A stretch of 23,789 nucleotides of DNA, from positions 1 to 23,789 of the forward strand of contig SUPR01000055.1 of the NCBI GenBank assembly GCA_005191425.1. The letters are read 5' to 3'. The notes under the pieces were generated by a model, which had not been told where the DNA came from, ran no database searches, and saw nothing but the letters and a program-made list of their open reading frames with translations. This document shows positions 9,473-17,475 of this stretch, one piece after another (within the stretch, counting starts at the first letter, position 1; every line of letters begins with the position of its first letter). The DNA comes from Candidatus Helarchaeota ASGARD archaeon Hel_GB_B. Its GTDB lineage: Archaea; Asgardarchaeota; Lokiarchaeia; Helarchaeales; HEL-GB-B. The translations under genes and the position numbers were made by a program.

Positions 9473-9706
9473 TTATGAATATATAATCTCAGTCATAATT
9501 TGATAAATAATTAGAACAGATAAAATGAGACCAGCAAATATTAGAAAATTTAAAAAAATATTTGGAATATTAGATGAAATAGATATTACAAATGGTAATG
9601 TTAGAAAAAAAGGAGCGGATACAATTAATGTCGATGAAACATCTTCACAAAAAGGTAGAATTATAATTTCTGCAATCCAGATCAATAATACAATTATATA
9701 AAACAT
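9473..9706 (-). CDS. Small membrane protein (77 aa, two hydrophobic segments)
   Basis: SD GGTGA (9716-9720), formed by the last codon and stop of the upstream gene, lies 9 nt before the ATG; co-oriented with the operon. Confidence 0.55.
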   Translation of the reverse strand: MFYIIVLLIWIAEIIILPFCEDVSSTLIVSAPFFLTLPFVISISSNIPNIFLNFLIFAGLILSVLIIYQIMTEIIYS

Positions 9707-9715
9707 TTGAATATT

Positions 9716-11515
9716 TCACCTTATCTTTAAAAAACGTAATGATTTAGGTCTCTTGAATGTTTTTAAAGTTACCATCATGAAACATGCCAAAATGATGAAT
9801 GCAATGATATATCCAGAATAATAAGTTAAAAATTGGTCTAAATTTCTTTGAATATTAATATTAAATTCGAAATATATTGGTGAATAAGGATAACAATTAT
9901 TGTATAATATTTCGATTTTAAGAATACCTTGTTTTTCAGGAGTTATATAACTTATATTTATAATTCCCTGTTTATTTGTATTTAACCACCAAGATTGATT
10001 ACCTATTTTTATGAAAATTAATTTATTTACAAGATTACTGTTATTTGATAACTGGAATTGAAAGACCAAGTTAATTCGCACCGAAAGTGGATAATAAAAT
10101 TTTATATATGGAATTATTTTTGTTATTATAATTGTTCTGTCGATATTACTTGAGTTAAAAATTGAATTATTTACCAATTGGACTCTAAATCTAATTTGAG
10201 AATCATTAAAGCCAAGTGGTAATTTCCAGTTATATCTAAAATTAATTTTTGATATTTTAATGATATCAATTTTAGACCAATTGTCAAAATCAGGATTATA
10301 TTGAAATAAAAATACTGATTGGTTAACGATAGTTTTATTTGTTAATTTATCAATTAAATTAAAATAAAAATTAAATTGAATTAATGAATTTTTACTCCGA
10401 TTATGTTTAAATATTATCTGTAATGGCCTTTTTTTAATTTTAATTTCTCGTGATATTATCAATCTTTTTCCAGGTTTTATAGGTGTTGCAGATACATTAA
10501 GTAGATAAGTTCCAGATTTTTTTGGGGCTTTTAATGTTAAATTGTATTTATTTTGCTTATTTTTTGTAAAATTAGCAATTCCAAATGTAGAAACACATGT
10601 TATACTAGCATTAAATGCGCTAGTGGCAGTTAATTCTACATTAGAAAAAGTATCATTTAAGTTATAATTAGTATAGATATTATTTTTATTTAGAATAGTA
10701 AAATTAAAAGCTGTTGTGTCATTGTATATATATAATTGGAAATAAAATAAATTGTCAAAATAGTTGAACGTTTCATGAACGTATATAGTTAATTTAATAT
10801 CGCCACACCCAATATTACTTGTGTCTAATGATGTATTAACAATTCCATTATTATCAGTCGTGGCGTTTGAATTAATCTGAGCAGTGGTCCGAAGATTTTC
10901 TAATTTGAAAAAGATTAATTTATTGTTATATTTGAAAGTATAATTATTATGATTGAAAAATTCGAAAACTACTCGAGTATTATCAGACGAAAAAATAGTT
11001 TCAGGATATTGTGAAATAAATATACAATCAACAAAAGCTTTAGTAAAAATGAGTATTTCATCAGATTTTTTAATAATATCCGCATAATTCCATGGATTTT
11101 GAATTTCTGAAATTCTAATCTCCAAAAACCCATAATAGTCTAAGGAAGTATTAATATCATTTGGATTGAAATAAAATTTATCAGAGATTTTTACATTTGC
11201 ACCTTGAATTTTTGGCTCATTTTTACAAAGACGTTTATCAGCGTTAATTATCCCAAGATAAATTGAATCTACAGTCCATCCTTCATTAAGGAGTAATTTA
11301 TAGCTTGCATTTATAATGATACTTTTTCCAACTTCTACCTCAGTTTTTTCAAGAGTAACATTAAAAATTTTCACATCACCAAATGGAAGGTCTGTTTTAG
11401 TTATAACGCGCGAGTTGGATGATTTGAAAGGAGAATATAATGATATTGTTGGAAAAATGATATAACCTATAAAAAATAACAAAATAAACAATAAGAAAAC
11501 TTTTAATTTTTTCAT
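9716..11515 (-). CDS. Large membrane-anchored surface protein, beta-rich (Ig-like repeats probable), likely N-glycosylated
   Basis: N-terminal signal/TM (KKLKVFLLFILLFFIGYIIF), C-terminal TM (YSGYIIAFIILACFMMVTL) plus basic tail, TTDNNGIV/TNKQGII Ig-type motifs, about 23 N-x-S/T sequons by hand count. Confidence 0.75.
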   Translation of the reverse strand: MKKLKVFLLFILLFFIGYIIFPTISLYSPFKSSNSRVITKTDLPFGDVKIFNVTLEKTEVEVGKSIIINASYKLLLNEGWTVDSIYLGIINADKRLCKNEPKIQGANVKISDKFYFNPNDINTSLDYYGFLEIRISEIQNPWNYADIIKKSDEILIFTKAFVDCIFISQYPETIFSSDNTRVVFEFFNHNNYTFKYNNKLIFFKLENLRTTAQINSNATTDNNGIVNTSLDTSNIGCGDIKLTIYVHETFNYFDNLFYFQLYIYNDTTAFNFTILNKNNIYTNYNLNDTFSNVELTATSAFNASITCVSTFGIANFTKNKQNKYNLTLKAPKKSGTYLLNVSATPIKPGKRLIISREIKIKKRPLQIIFKHNRSKNSLIQFNFYFNLIDKLTNKTIVNQSVFLFQYNPDFDNWSKIDIIKISKINFRYNWKLPLGFNDSQIRFRVQLVNNSIFNSSNIDRTIIITKIIPYIKFYYPLSVRINLVFQFQLSNNSNLVNKLIFIKIGNQSWWLNTNKQGIINISYITPEKQGILKIEILYNNCYPYSPIYFEFNINIQRNLDQFLTYYSGYIIAFIILACFMMVTLKTFKRPKSLRFLKIR

Positions 11516-11564
11516 AAATATTCCCTTACAATAATATGTAAATATAAAAAAAAATTTAGATTGA

Positions 11565-12128
11565 CTATTGCATTTTAATATTATCTAAAAGTTGTAAAAA
11601 AGATTCATGTATATTATACCCTTCAGTAGCAATAGTTTTAAATATATGTACTTTATTTCCTATGCGGAAATATTTTTTTAATTCGTTTTCAGTTATCAGA
11701 TTAGATTGGTCTTGTAAATCCCATTTATTTAGACAAAAGATTATTGGAATTTTACTGATTTTATTTCCTAATAGCTGTTGTAATTCATTCCAGCTCTCAA
11801 TATTTTCTTGAATTAAATTTTTTTGAGAATCGACAACAAAAATAATTCCATCAGTTCCATTTAATACCGTTGGGCGAGTTTCTGCATAAAAGTTCTGCCC
11901 TGTAGAGCTCCATATATTAATTTGTATTTTCCAATTTCCTTTATTAAAAGTAAGTTCTCCAAAGTCGAAAAATAATGTCCGACCAGCTCCAGTTTCGATT
12001 GATTTCAGATAATCTAACCGATTGTAATGTTTGAAAAGATATCGAACTGATGTAGATTTTCCTGACATAGCAGGGCCCCACCAAACTAATTTAAACATTA
12101 TTAAATGTTTTCCATAATCTATAATCAT
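11565..12128 (-). CDS. mglA: MglA-like small GTPase (Ras/Arf superfamily)
   Basis: G1 GPAMSGKST, G2 region ETGAGRTLFFDF (MglA-type RTLFFDF), G3 WSSTGQ, DGIIFVVDSQ, G4 NKWD, G5 TIATEG; SD GGTGA at 12136-12140. Confidence 0.85.
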   Translation of the reverse strand: MIIDYGKHLIMFKLVWWGPAMSGKSTSVRYLFKHYNRLDYLKSIETGAGRTLFFDFGELTFNKGNWKIQINIWSSTGQNFYAETRPTVLNGTDGIIFVVDSQKNLIQENIESWNELQQLLGNKISKIPIIFCLNKWDLQDQSNLITENELKKYFRIGNKVHIFKTIATEGYNIHESFLQLLDNIKMQ

Positions 12129-12202
12129 TTATTACTCACCATATTCTAATAAAAAGGGAATTATTAATCCTTTATTTAATTTATATTTCAAGAATTTCAT
12201 TT

Positions 12203-13111
12203 TTAACCCCATTTTGATTCAATCCTATCTCCAATATCGATTTTTAGTCCAGTACCGATACATTTGGAAAAATCTATTCCATATTCATATAAAAGAAATT
12301 CTAATAACCGTTTGTGTCCAACTTCTTGATAATCAATAGTCTTAAATAATGTTTTATCGGAAATTTGAATATTAAAGCCTAATTCCTGTAATAGTTCTAT
12401 ACGAGATAAAATTGCTAAAGCCCTATTTGCAGCTTGAACGAATTCGTCGATTTTTTGCTTATATATATTTTGTCGGATTTTCTCCTCTTCTGTATCGAAA
12501 GTCATTACCGCTTCAATAATTCCGGAAGACTTATGAGCCTTAATTTTTTTCTGTAGGACGCGTTTCATTTTTTCAAGAGCAATTTCTGTTTCAACTATAG
12601 CCTTTTGGATCAGATTTTTTTCAAAATCATAATTTTTACCATTCCATTTATAATTTGACTCTAAAATTTCGATTTTATCATTATTTAAATATAAAATAAC
12701 AGGTGTTTCTATAACTTGATTGATTTGGTTTATTGCCTCTCGTAAAATAATTTTGTTTTTTAATGAAAAACCTAAAACCCAACCATTGAAATGTTTAGAA
12801 CTTATTTTTCGTAATGCATGAGGTGTAGCATTAGTTGGAGATCTAACAATAAGCCTAGGAACATTGAAGTCAGATTCTTCTGTCTGATATAATTGAACAA
12901 TTTCATTTTCTTCAATAAAATCATTCCAATATATTAATTCATTTCTATGAGGCATAAGCTGTATTAAACTATTAACAATTTTATCAACTTGTATTGATTC
13001 ATCTCCGATAATTACAAGCGGTATTCTGTTAAATAATGCCCGCAAAACTTTTGAAAAATTTTCTTTTCCTATCATTTCAATTAAATTTTTCATTGAATAA
13101 CTTGATTCCAT
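12203..13111 (-). CDS. Hypothetical protein with DENN-core-like (cDENN/dDENN) sequence pattern
   Basis: GKENFSKVLRALFNRIPLVIIGDESIQVDKIVNSLIQLMPHR resembles the helix-strand-helix-P start of cDENN; later GWVLGF and PVILYLNNDKI strands and a helical C-terminus. Starts directly after the upstream stop; SD GGTGA at 13119-13123. The CDS is secure, the family call is tentative. Confidence 0.5.
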   Translation of the reverse strand: MESSYSMKNLIEMIGKENFSKVLRALFNRIPLVIIGDESIQVDKIVNSLIQLMPHRNELIYWNDFIEENEIVQLYQTEESDFNVPRLIVRSPTNATPHALRKISSKHFNGWVLGFSLKNKIILREAINQINQVIETPVILYLNNDKIEILESNYKWNGKNYDFEKNLIQKAIVETEIALEKMKRVLQKKIKAHKSSGIIEAVMTFDTEEEKIRQNIYKQKIDEFVQAANRALAILSRIELLQELGFNIQISDKTLFKTIDYQEVGHKRLLEFLLYEYGIDFSKCIGTGLKIDIGDRIESKWG

Positions 13112-14113
13112 TTATGAATCACCAATTTTAAGCCCATCAAAAATATTATTTAAATTTAATATCGGCGGCTCAAGCTTTTGTGATTGTACAAGTAATTCCG
13201 ATAGAATTTTGACATATTGGGGAATTAAAAGCCGTAATAATCCCAATCGTTTTTGACCTCTGGAAATATATGTACTAAAAATCCCCATTTCACATCCATA
13301 TATAAAATGAGAATATCCTTCGCAATCTATTAGGACATTATTGATAGGAGTTTGCTTTAAAGTAGTAATAATTCTTTTACTAGTATCATAGAGAGTATAA
13401 CTTAAAGCACCTTCGCTTTGAGTATTTGTAGAATCTAAATTAATATTTAATAAAGGATATCCACCATTTAATGATATACTTGCCATTTTTACTCCTGGAA
13501 CAGTTTTTGAAAATTCAAAGATACAGTCTCGAATTTTATTGGATATTTCCTCACTTAAATTAATATTAACACTTGAATAAGAGTCGGAACAGCTATTATC
13601 TTCTTTAACATTAAAACTTTCAAGAATCTTTTTTAACTCGTCCTTATCATAAGATCTTAGCGGTGGTTTAAAATTAGCTCCAGAATTTTCAATTGCCATT
13701 GTAAGTGCATTCAAAGTATCCTTCATTGATAACATTATAGCCCCTAAATTAACCTTTAACCGTGCAGTGATTGTTAAAAAATATTCGGCTTTATTTACCG
13801 AATTATATATTTTATCTAATTTAGTGTGAATAGGTGCAATTAATATTTTTGCTCTCTCACCGTCAATTAACAAATATTTTAATGTTTCAGGGTGTAATTG
13901 CTCTGCAACGTTGAAAATTGCACTAACAATAGAACAGACACCAAATATTTCATTTTTTGAAAGCCAAACACCAGCAGATTCTATAGGCTGACCGTCTCTC
14001 TGCGTAAGGACAACATTTTCTACACCGGTAATAGATTTAATCTGTCTTAAATTAAACTTAATTTGCCTGAGTGTTTCTTCCATCATTTTAACCTCGAAAT
14101 TCTCAAAAATCAT
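13112..14113 (-). CDS. Tandem roadblock/LC7 (MglB-like) domain protein
   Basis: Domain 1 IKSITGVENVVLTQRDGQPI...LLIDGERAKILI...VNLGAI; domain 2 SKTVPGVKMASISLNGGYPL...VLIDCEGYSHFI...KRLGLLRL; joined by a linker of about 45 aa. Confidence 0.85.
   Translation of the reverse strand: MIFENFEVKMMEETLRQIKFNLRQIKSITGVENVVLTQRDGQPIESAGVWLSKNEIFGVCSIVSAIFNVAEQLHPETLKYLLIDGERAKILIAPIHTKLDKIYNSVNKAEYFLTITARLKVNLGAIMLSMKDTLNALTMAIENSGANFKPPLRSYDKDELKKILESFNVKEDNSCSDSYSSVNINLSEEISNKIRDCIFEFSKTVPGVKMASISLNGGYPLLNINLDSTNTQSEGALSYTLYDTSKRIITTLKQTPINNVLIDCEGYSHFIYGCEMGIFSTYISRGQKRLGLLRLLIPQYVKILSELLVQSQKLEPPILNLNNIFDGLKIGDS
13119..13123 (-). promoter_or_regulatory. Shine-Dalgarno GGTGA inside the last codons of the tandem-roadblock gene (translational coupling)
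   Basis: Minus strand reads GGT GAT TCA TAA ATG: the stop is followed immediately by the next start, with a 7-nt SD spacing. Confidence 0.7.
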
Positions 14114-14158
14114 TGTTTAATTAAATTTTAGATCGGGTATTGTTTTTTTTTGAAAAGG

Positions 14159-14166
14159 ATATATAA
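14159..14166 (-). promoter_or_regulatory. Candidate TATA box for the roadblock-DENN-like-GTPase operon
   Basis: TTTATATA on the minus strand about 45 nt upstream of ATG 14113. The AT-rich background makes this weak. Confidence 0.3.
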
Positions 14167-14321
14167 ACTGCACCTTTATGTGAAAAATAGCAAAAAATTA
14201 TTCTCAATGCGCAAATTAACTGACAGAAATTTAATGAAACAAAATTATTATAATAAAAGTCATTTATTCGTAAAAATTTAAAAACAAAATAAATAAATAA
14301 TTTAAAATCATTTTTTTAAAA

Positions 14322-14627
14322 CTAAATATTTTCCCAGACTTCAATCATTTTTTTTATTGCTTTAACTCTATAATCTTCAATTCTAATTCTGTAAATTCTT
14401 ATTCGTCCATAAATTTTTTCTTGTAAAATCCCTGCTTCTACCAAGAATTGTAAATGCTTTAATGTAGATTTATGATTTAATTTACATCTCTCTACTATTT
14501 CACTAATATTGAGCTCTTCTTCTTTTACTAGAATTTTTATTATCTTTACCCTCCCTTTAGATGCAAAAACATCTTCAATTTTATATTGAAAATTTATTTT
14601 TCTTTCTAATGACATCATTTTCATCAT
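14322..14627 (-). CDS. ArsR/SmtB-like winged-helix transcription regulator
   Basis: FASKGRVKIIKILVKEEELNISEIVERCKLNHKSTLKHLQFLVEAGILQEKIYGRIRIYRI is a typical ArsR-type wHTH. Confidence 0.85.
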   Translation of the reverse strand: MMKMMSLERKINFQYKIEDVFASKGRVKIIKILVKEEELNISEIVERCKLNHKSTLKHLQFLVEAGILQEKIYGRIRIYRIRIEDYRVKAIKKMIEVWENI

Positions 14628-14984
14628 CTTTTATTTAATCGTATTATTTATCTATCAAAAAGAATTTAAATACTAAAAGAGAGACCTTCTCAAATTTGAA
14701 AATTTTTAAAAAACATTATTTTACCTTAAAAAAATTATTTTTTCAAAATGATTTCTTTTTTAAATTTATGAGATAACTTTTTTTAACCGATAAAAATATT
14801 TGTAAATATTATTTATAATCAAACCTAAGAGATATGCAATATAATTAGTTGTTAACCATAAATTATAATAATTATATTCTATTGCAGAATATTATTTTAT
14901 TCAATTTCATATAAATTCTGTGGTCTTTTATCTAATAAAATTAGTTGAGTTTAAATAGTTTTAATTATAATTAAATTGATCAAA

Positions 14985-15185
14985 ATGACAAGTATAAAGA
15001 AAAATACGATTTTTAAATTGATCATTAAAGATAGGAAAGGATCACCAGTTGTTGAGGAGGCACTTTTGATCGGAATTGCGATAGTTGGAATTTTAATATT
15101 TCTTGGTGTGATATTTGGACTTTTTGATTGGATCAATGATGCTCTTACATCATTGTTTAATAATTTTAGTCTTTCGTTGGTCTAA
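14985..15185 (+). CDS. Minimal Flp-like type IV pilin with class III signal peptide
   Basis: Basic leader ending DRKG, predicted cleavage G|S (after 15041), Glu at +5 (SPVVE), then a hydrophobic helix; mature peptide 47 aa. ATG 14985 or TTG 14976 start. Confidence 0.85.
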   Translation: MTSIKKNTIFKLIIKDRKGSPVVEEALLIGIAIVGILIFLGVIFGLFDWINDALTSLFNNFSLSLV

Positions 15186-15252
15186 TCACAATAACTCATT
15201 AAAAAACATTAAAGACAGGAAATTGAGAATAGAAAACAAAGAATTTAATATA

Positions 15253-15294
15253 TTTTTCATAAAAAAATTAAGTTTTTTCATAAAAAAGTTAAAT
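15253..15294 (+). repeat. 21-bp tandem duplication (19/21 identical), each copy with a TTTTT-CAT-AAAAA inverted core
   Basis: tttttcataaaaaaattaagt (15253-15273) and tttttcataaaaaagttaaat (15274-15294), between the convergent pilin and roadblock genes; possible bidirectional terminator. Confidence 0.6.
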
Positions 15295-15315
15295 TTTATT
15301 AATTTTTTAGGTGTG

Positions 15316-15696
15316 TTATAGATTTTTTATTATTATTTTCTCTAATTTATTTACTTGTCTTCTGAAATAACGCATTTTAATTGGGACTATTGAAATTAAT
15401 AAAAATTGCTGGTTTTTTTTATCACAACTAATTTTTCTGATAATGATTTTTTCATTTTGTTGTATATAATTTAAGATTATTTCATCAGGTGGAAGGTAAC
15501 CATAGTTATGGTCATTTATCATAGATGCTGCCATAGCTGCAATTGTTTCACAATTATAAATCGTTTCATATCCAAATGTATCGATGATTAATAATCCTTC
15601 TTCTGAACATAAAATACAGCCAATGACTTCAGATTCGTCAACTATAGATTGTAAAGTATATTGCACCTGATTAACATTAAAATTAACAATTCTCAT
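15316..15696 (-). CDS. Roadblock/LC7 domain protein (MglB-like)
   Basis: LQSIVDESEVIGCILCSEEGLLII...ETIAAMAASM...EIILNY...KIIIRKI...LLISIV. ATG 15696 preferred over GTG 15705 because GAGTGA (15702-15707, minus) fits as its SD. Confidence 0.85.
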   Translation of the reverse strand: MRIVNFNVNQVQYTLQSIVDESEVIGCILCSEEGLLIIDTFGYETIYNCETIAAMAASMINDHNYGYLPPDEIILNYIQQNEKIIIRKISCDKKNQQFLLISIVPIKMRYFRRQVNKLEKIIIKNL

Positions 15697-15916
15697 TATT
15701 TTCACTCGATTGCCAATATTAGTATAAATTCACAATTTTTTCAAAAAAATTATTTATAAGCTCAACTATTAGAATTTAGAAATAAAGGGGAAATAATATA
15801 ATTGTAATAAGGGAAATTGGTCATAAATTGAAAAAATATGACTTTTTATACTCTTTTTTAAAATTAAAAATAAAATTAGATTTGAACACTAAAAAAAGAA
15901 TTTAATAGGTGAAATA

Positions 15917-17464
15917 ATGAAAAGTTATGATTTTCTGTTTTTAATTTCTCCTCAAAAACCGCAAATAAGACCTTTTGATGTATTTTACCCATTTTCATAT
16001 CAAATTGAAACGAAAAAAACAATTCTACCACTTCAATATGGTGTAATGTCGTTATTAGGTTCCTTAAAGGATGAATTTGAAATTGGATATTATGATTTAG
16101 CACATTTTAAAAGCATGACCAAGAGTTCATTAAAAGAAACAGTGGATACATTACTAAAAAAATATAATCCAAGAGTGGTAGGACTTCAATCATATACATT
16201 TAACTTTAATGGACTAAAAGAAACAGTAAAATATATTAAAGAATTTAATAAAGACATTATTACTGTTGCAGGAGGACAACATGTATCATTTCTTGACACG
16301 CAATCTATTAAAGAATGTAATGGAAATTTGGACATAGTAGTTCGGGGCGAGGGTGAAAAAATCATTACAGAATTATTACAAAAATTAATTAAAAACAGAC
16401 CAATAAAAGATGTTAAAGGAATAACTACAGATAAATTTAGGAATCCAGATGCACCTTTAATGTCAGAAGAAGAATTAAACAAATTGCCACTTCCTGCATT
16501 TGAACTTATTCCAACCTCCGAAAAAAATGGCCAATATATTTATTTTCCCATTAGTGTTTCAAGAGGGTGTGTATATAAGTGTCTATTTTGCGTTAATCAC
16601 CAATTCTGGAGAAAATGCGTCCGAATAATGGACTCTACACCGGCAATTAATATATTAAAATATTTTATTGAAATTTTTGGAACCCGAAAAATTATGTTAG
16701 AATTCTGCGATTCGATATTACCAATAAATATAAAAAAATTCAAAGATTTAGTCGATAAATATACAACTGAAATAAATTTTCCAGTATTGTTTGCATTAAC
16801 AAGAGCAAATTTAACTGATGATACCAGATTAGAACTTCTATCGAAATTATTACAAGGAATTGGCGTCCTTTCAATAGGGATCGAAAATGGTAATGCAGAA
16901 GTCTTAAAACTTATGCATAAACCAACTTTTGAAACGTCCGTTAAAGCACTTATCAATATTAGGTCTCATAACCTAAAAGCAACTCCGTCTTGGCTTGTAG
17001 GTCATCCAGGGGAATCATTAAAAACAATGAATGAAAATTTAGAAAAAATAGAATATTTATTTAATAAAAAATTAATTGATACATTAATTCCGTTTATATG
17101 GATCCCATTACCTGGAACTCCTCCTTTTGATGAACCTGAAAAATATTTTGTGAAAATTATAACTTATGATTGGGACAGATATGACAGAGCAATTTTTTTA
17201 CCGCCATATCATTTGTTAGAAAAGGAGAACCCTAAAAGGATTGCACTAAGTAATTTACAAATTTGGTCTTATTATCTAAATGTAATTTCATTATGTAATA
17301 AAAACAGCCAGAATTTTAAACTGAAAAGCAGGAAAAAACAAGTACCATTATCTGAATTTCTAAAAATTGTCAATAATGATTACTATTATACTCGATTTAG
17401 TCCGGGAAAAGATGCAGATCTAAATTATTATAGAGATCTTGATGCATTTGTAGCACTAGCATAA
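15917..17464 (+). CDS. Cobalamin-binding radical SAM protein (class B methyltransferase/BchE-like superfamily)
   Basis: B12-binding region PRVVGLQSYTF...TVAGGQHVS...DIVVRGEGE; radical SAM motif SRGCVYKCLFC (Cys codons 16568-16591); SIGIENG, LVGHPGES; SD AGGTGA at 15907-15912. Confidence 0.92.
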   Translation: MKSYDFLFLISPQKPQIRPFDVFYPFSYQIETKKTILPLQYGVMSLLGSLKDEFEIGYYDLAHFKSMTKSSLKETVDTLLKKYNPRVVGLQSYTFNFNGLKETVKYIKEFNKDIITVAGGQHVSFLDTQSIKECNGNLDIVVRGEGEKIITELLQKLIKNRPIKDVKGITTDKFRNPDAPLMSEEELNKLPLPAFELIPTSEKNGQYIYFPISVSRGCVYKCLFCVNHQFWRKCVRIMDSTPAINILKYFIEIFGTRKIMLEFCDSILPINIKKFKDLVDKYTTEINFPVLFALTRANLTDDTRLELLSKLLQGIGVLSIGIENGNAEVLKLMHKPTFETSVKALINIRSHNLKATPSWLVGHPGESLKTMNENLEKIEYLFNKKLIDTLIPFIWIPLPGTPPFDEPEKYFVKIITYDWDRYDRAIFLPPYHLLEKENPKRIALSNLQIWSYYLNVISLCNKNSQNFKLKSRKKQVPLSEFLKIVNNDYYYTRFSPGKDADLNYYRDLDAFVALA

Positions 17465-17475
17465 CAATTTTTTAT

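Noticed and set aside
14951-15321. 61-aa minus ORF and 68-aa plus ORF overlapping the pilin
   Set aside because: The pilin frame has a clear class III signal; the others lack motifs and run into low-complexity intergenic DNA.
15876-16956. Three minus ORFs (75, 98 and 119 aa)
   Set aside because: Antisense to the radical SAM gene.
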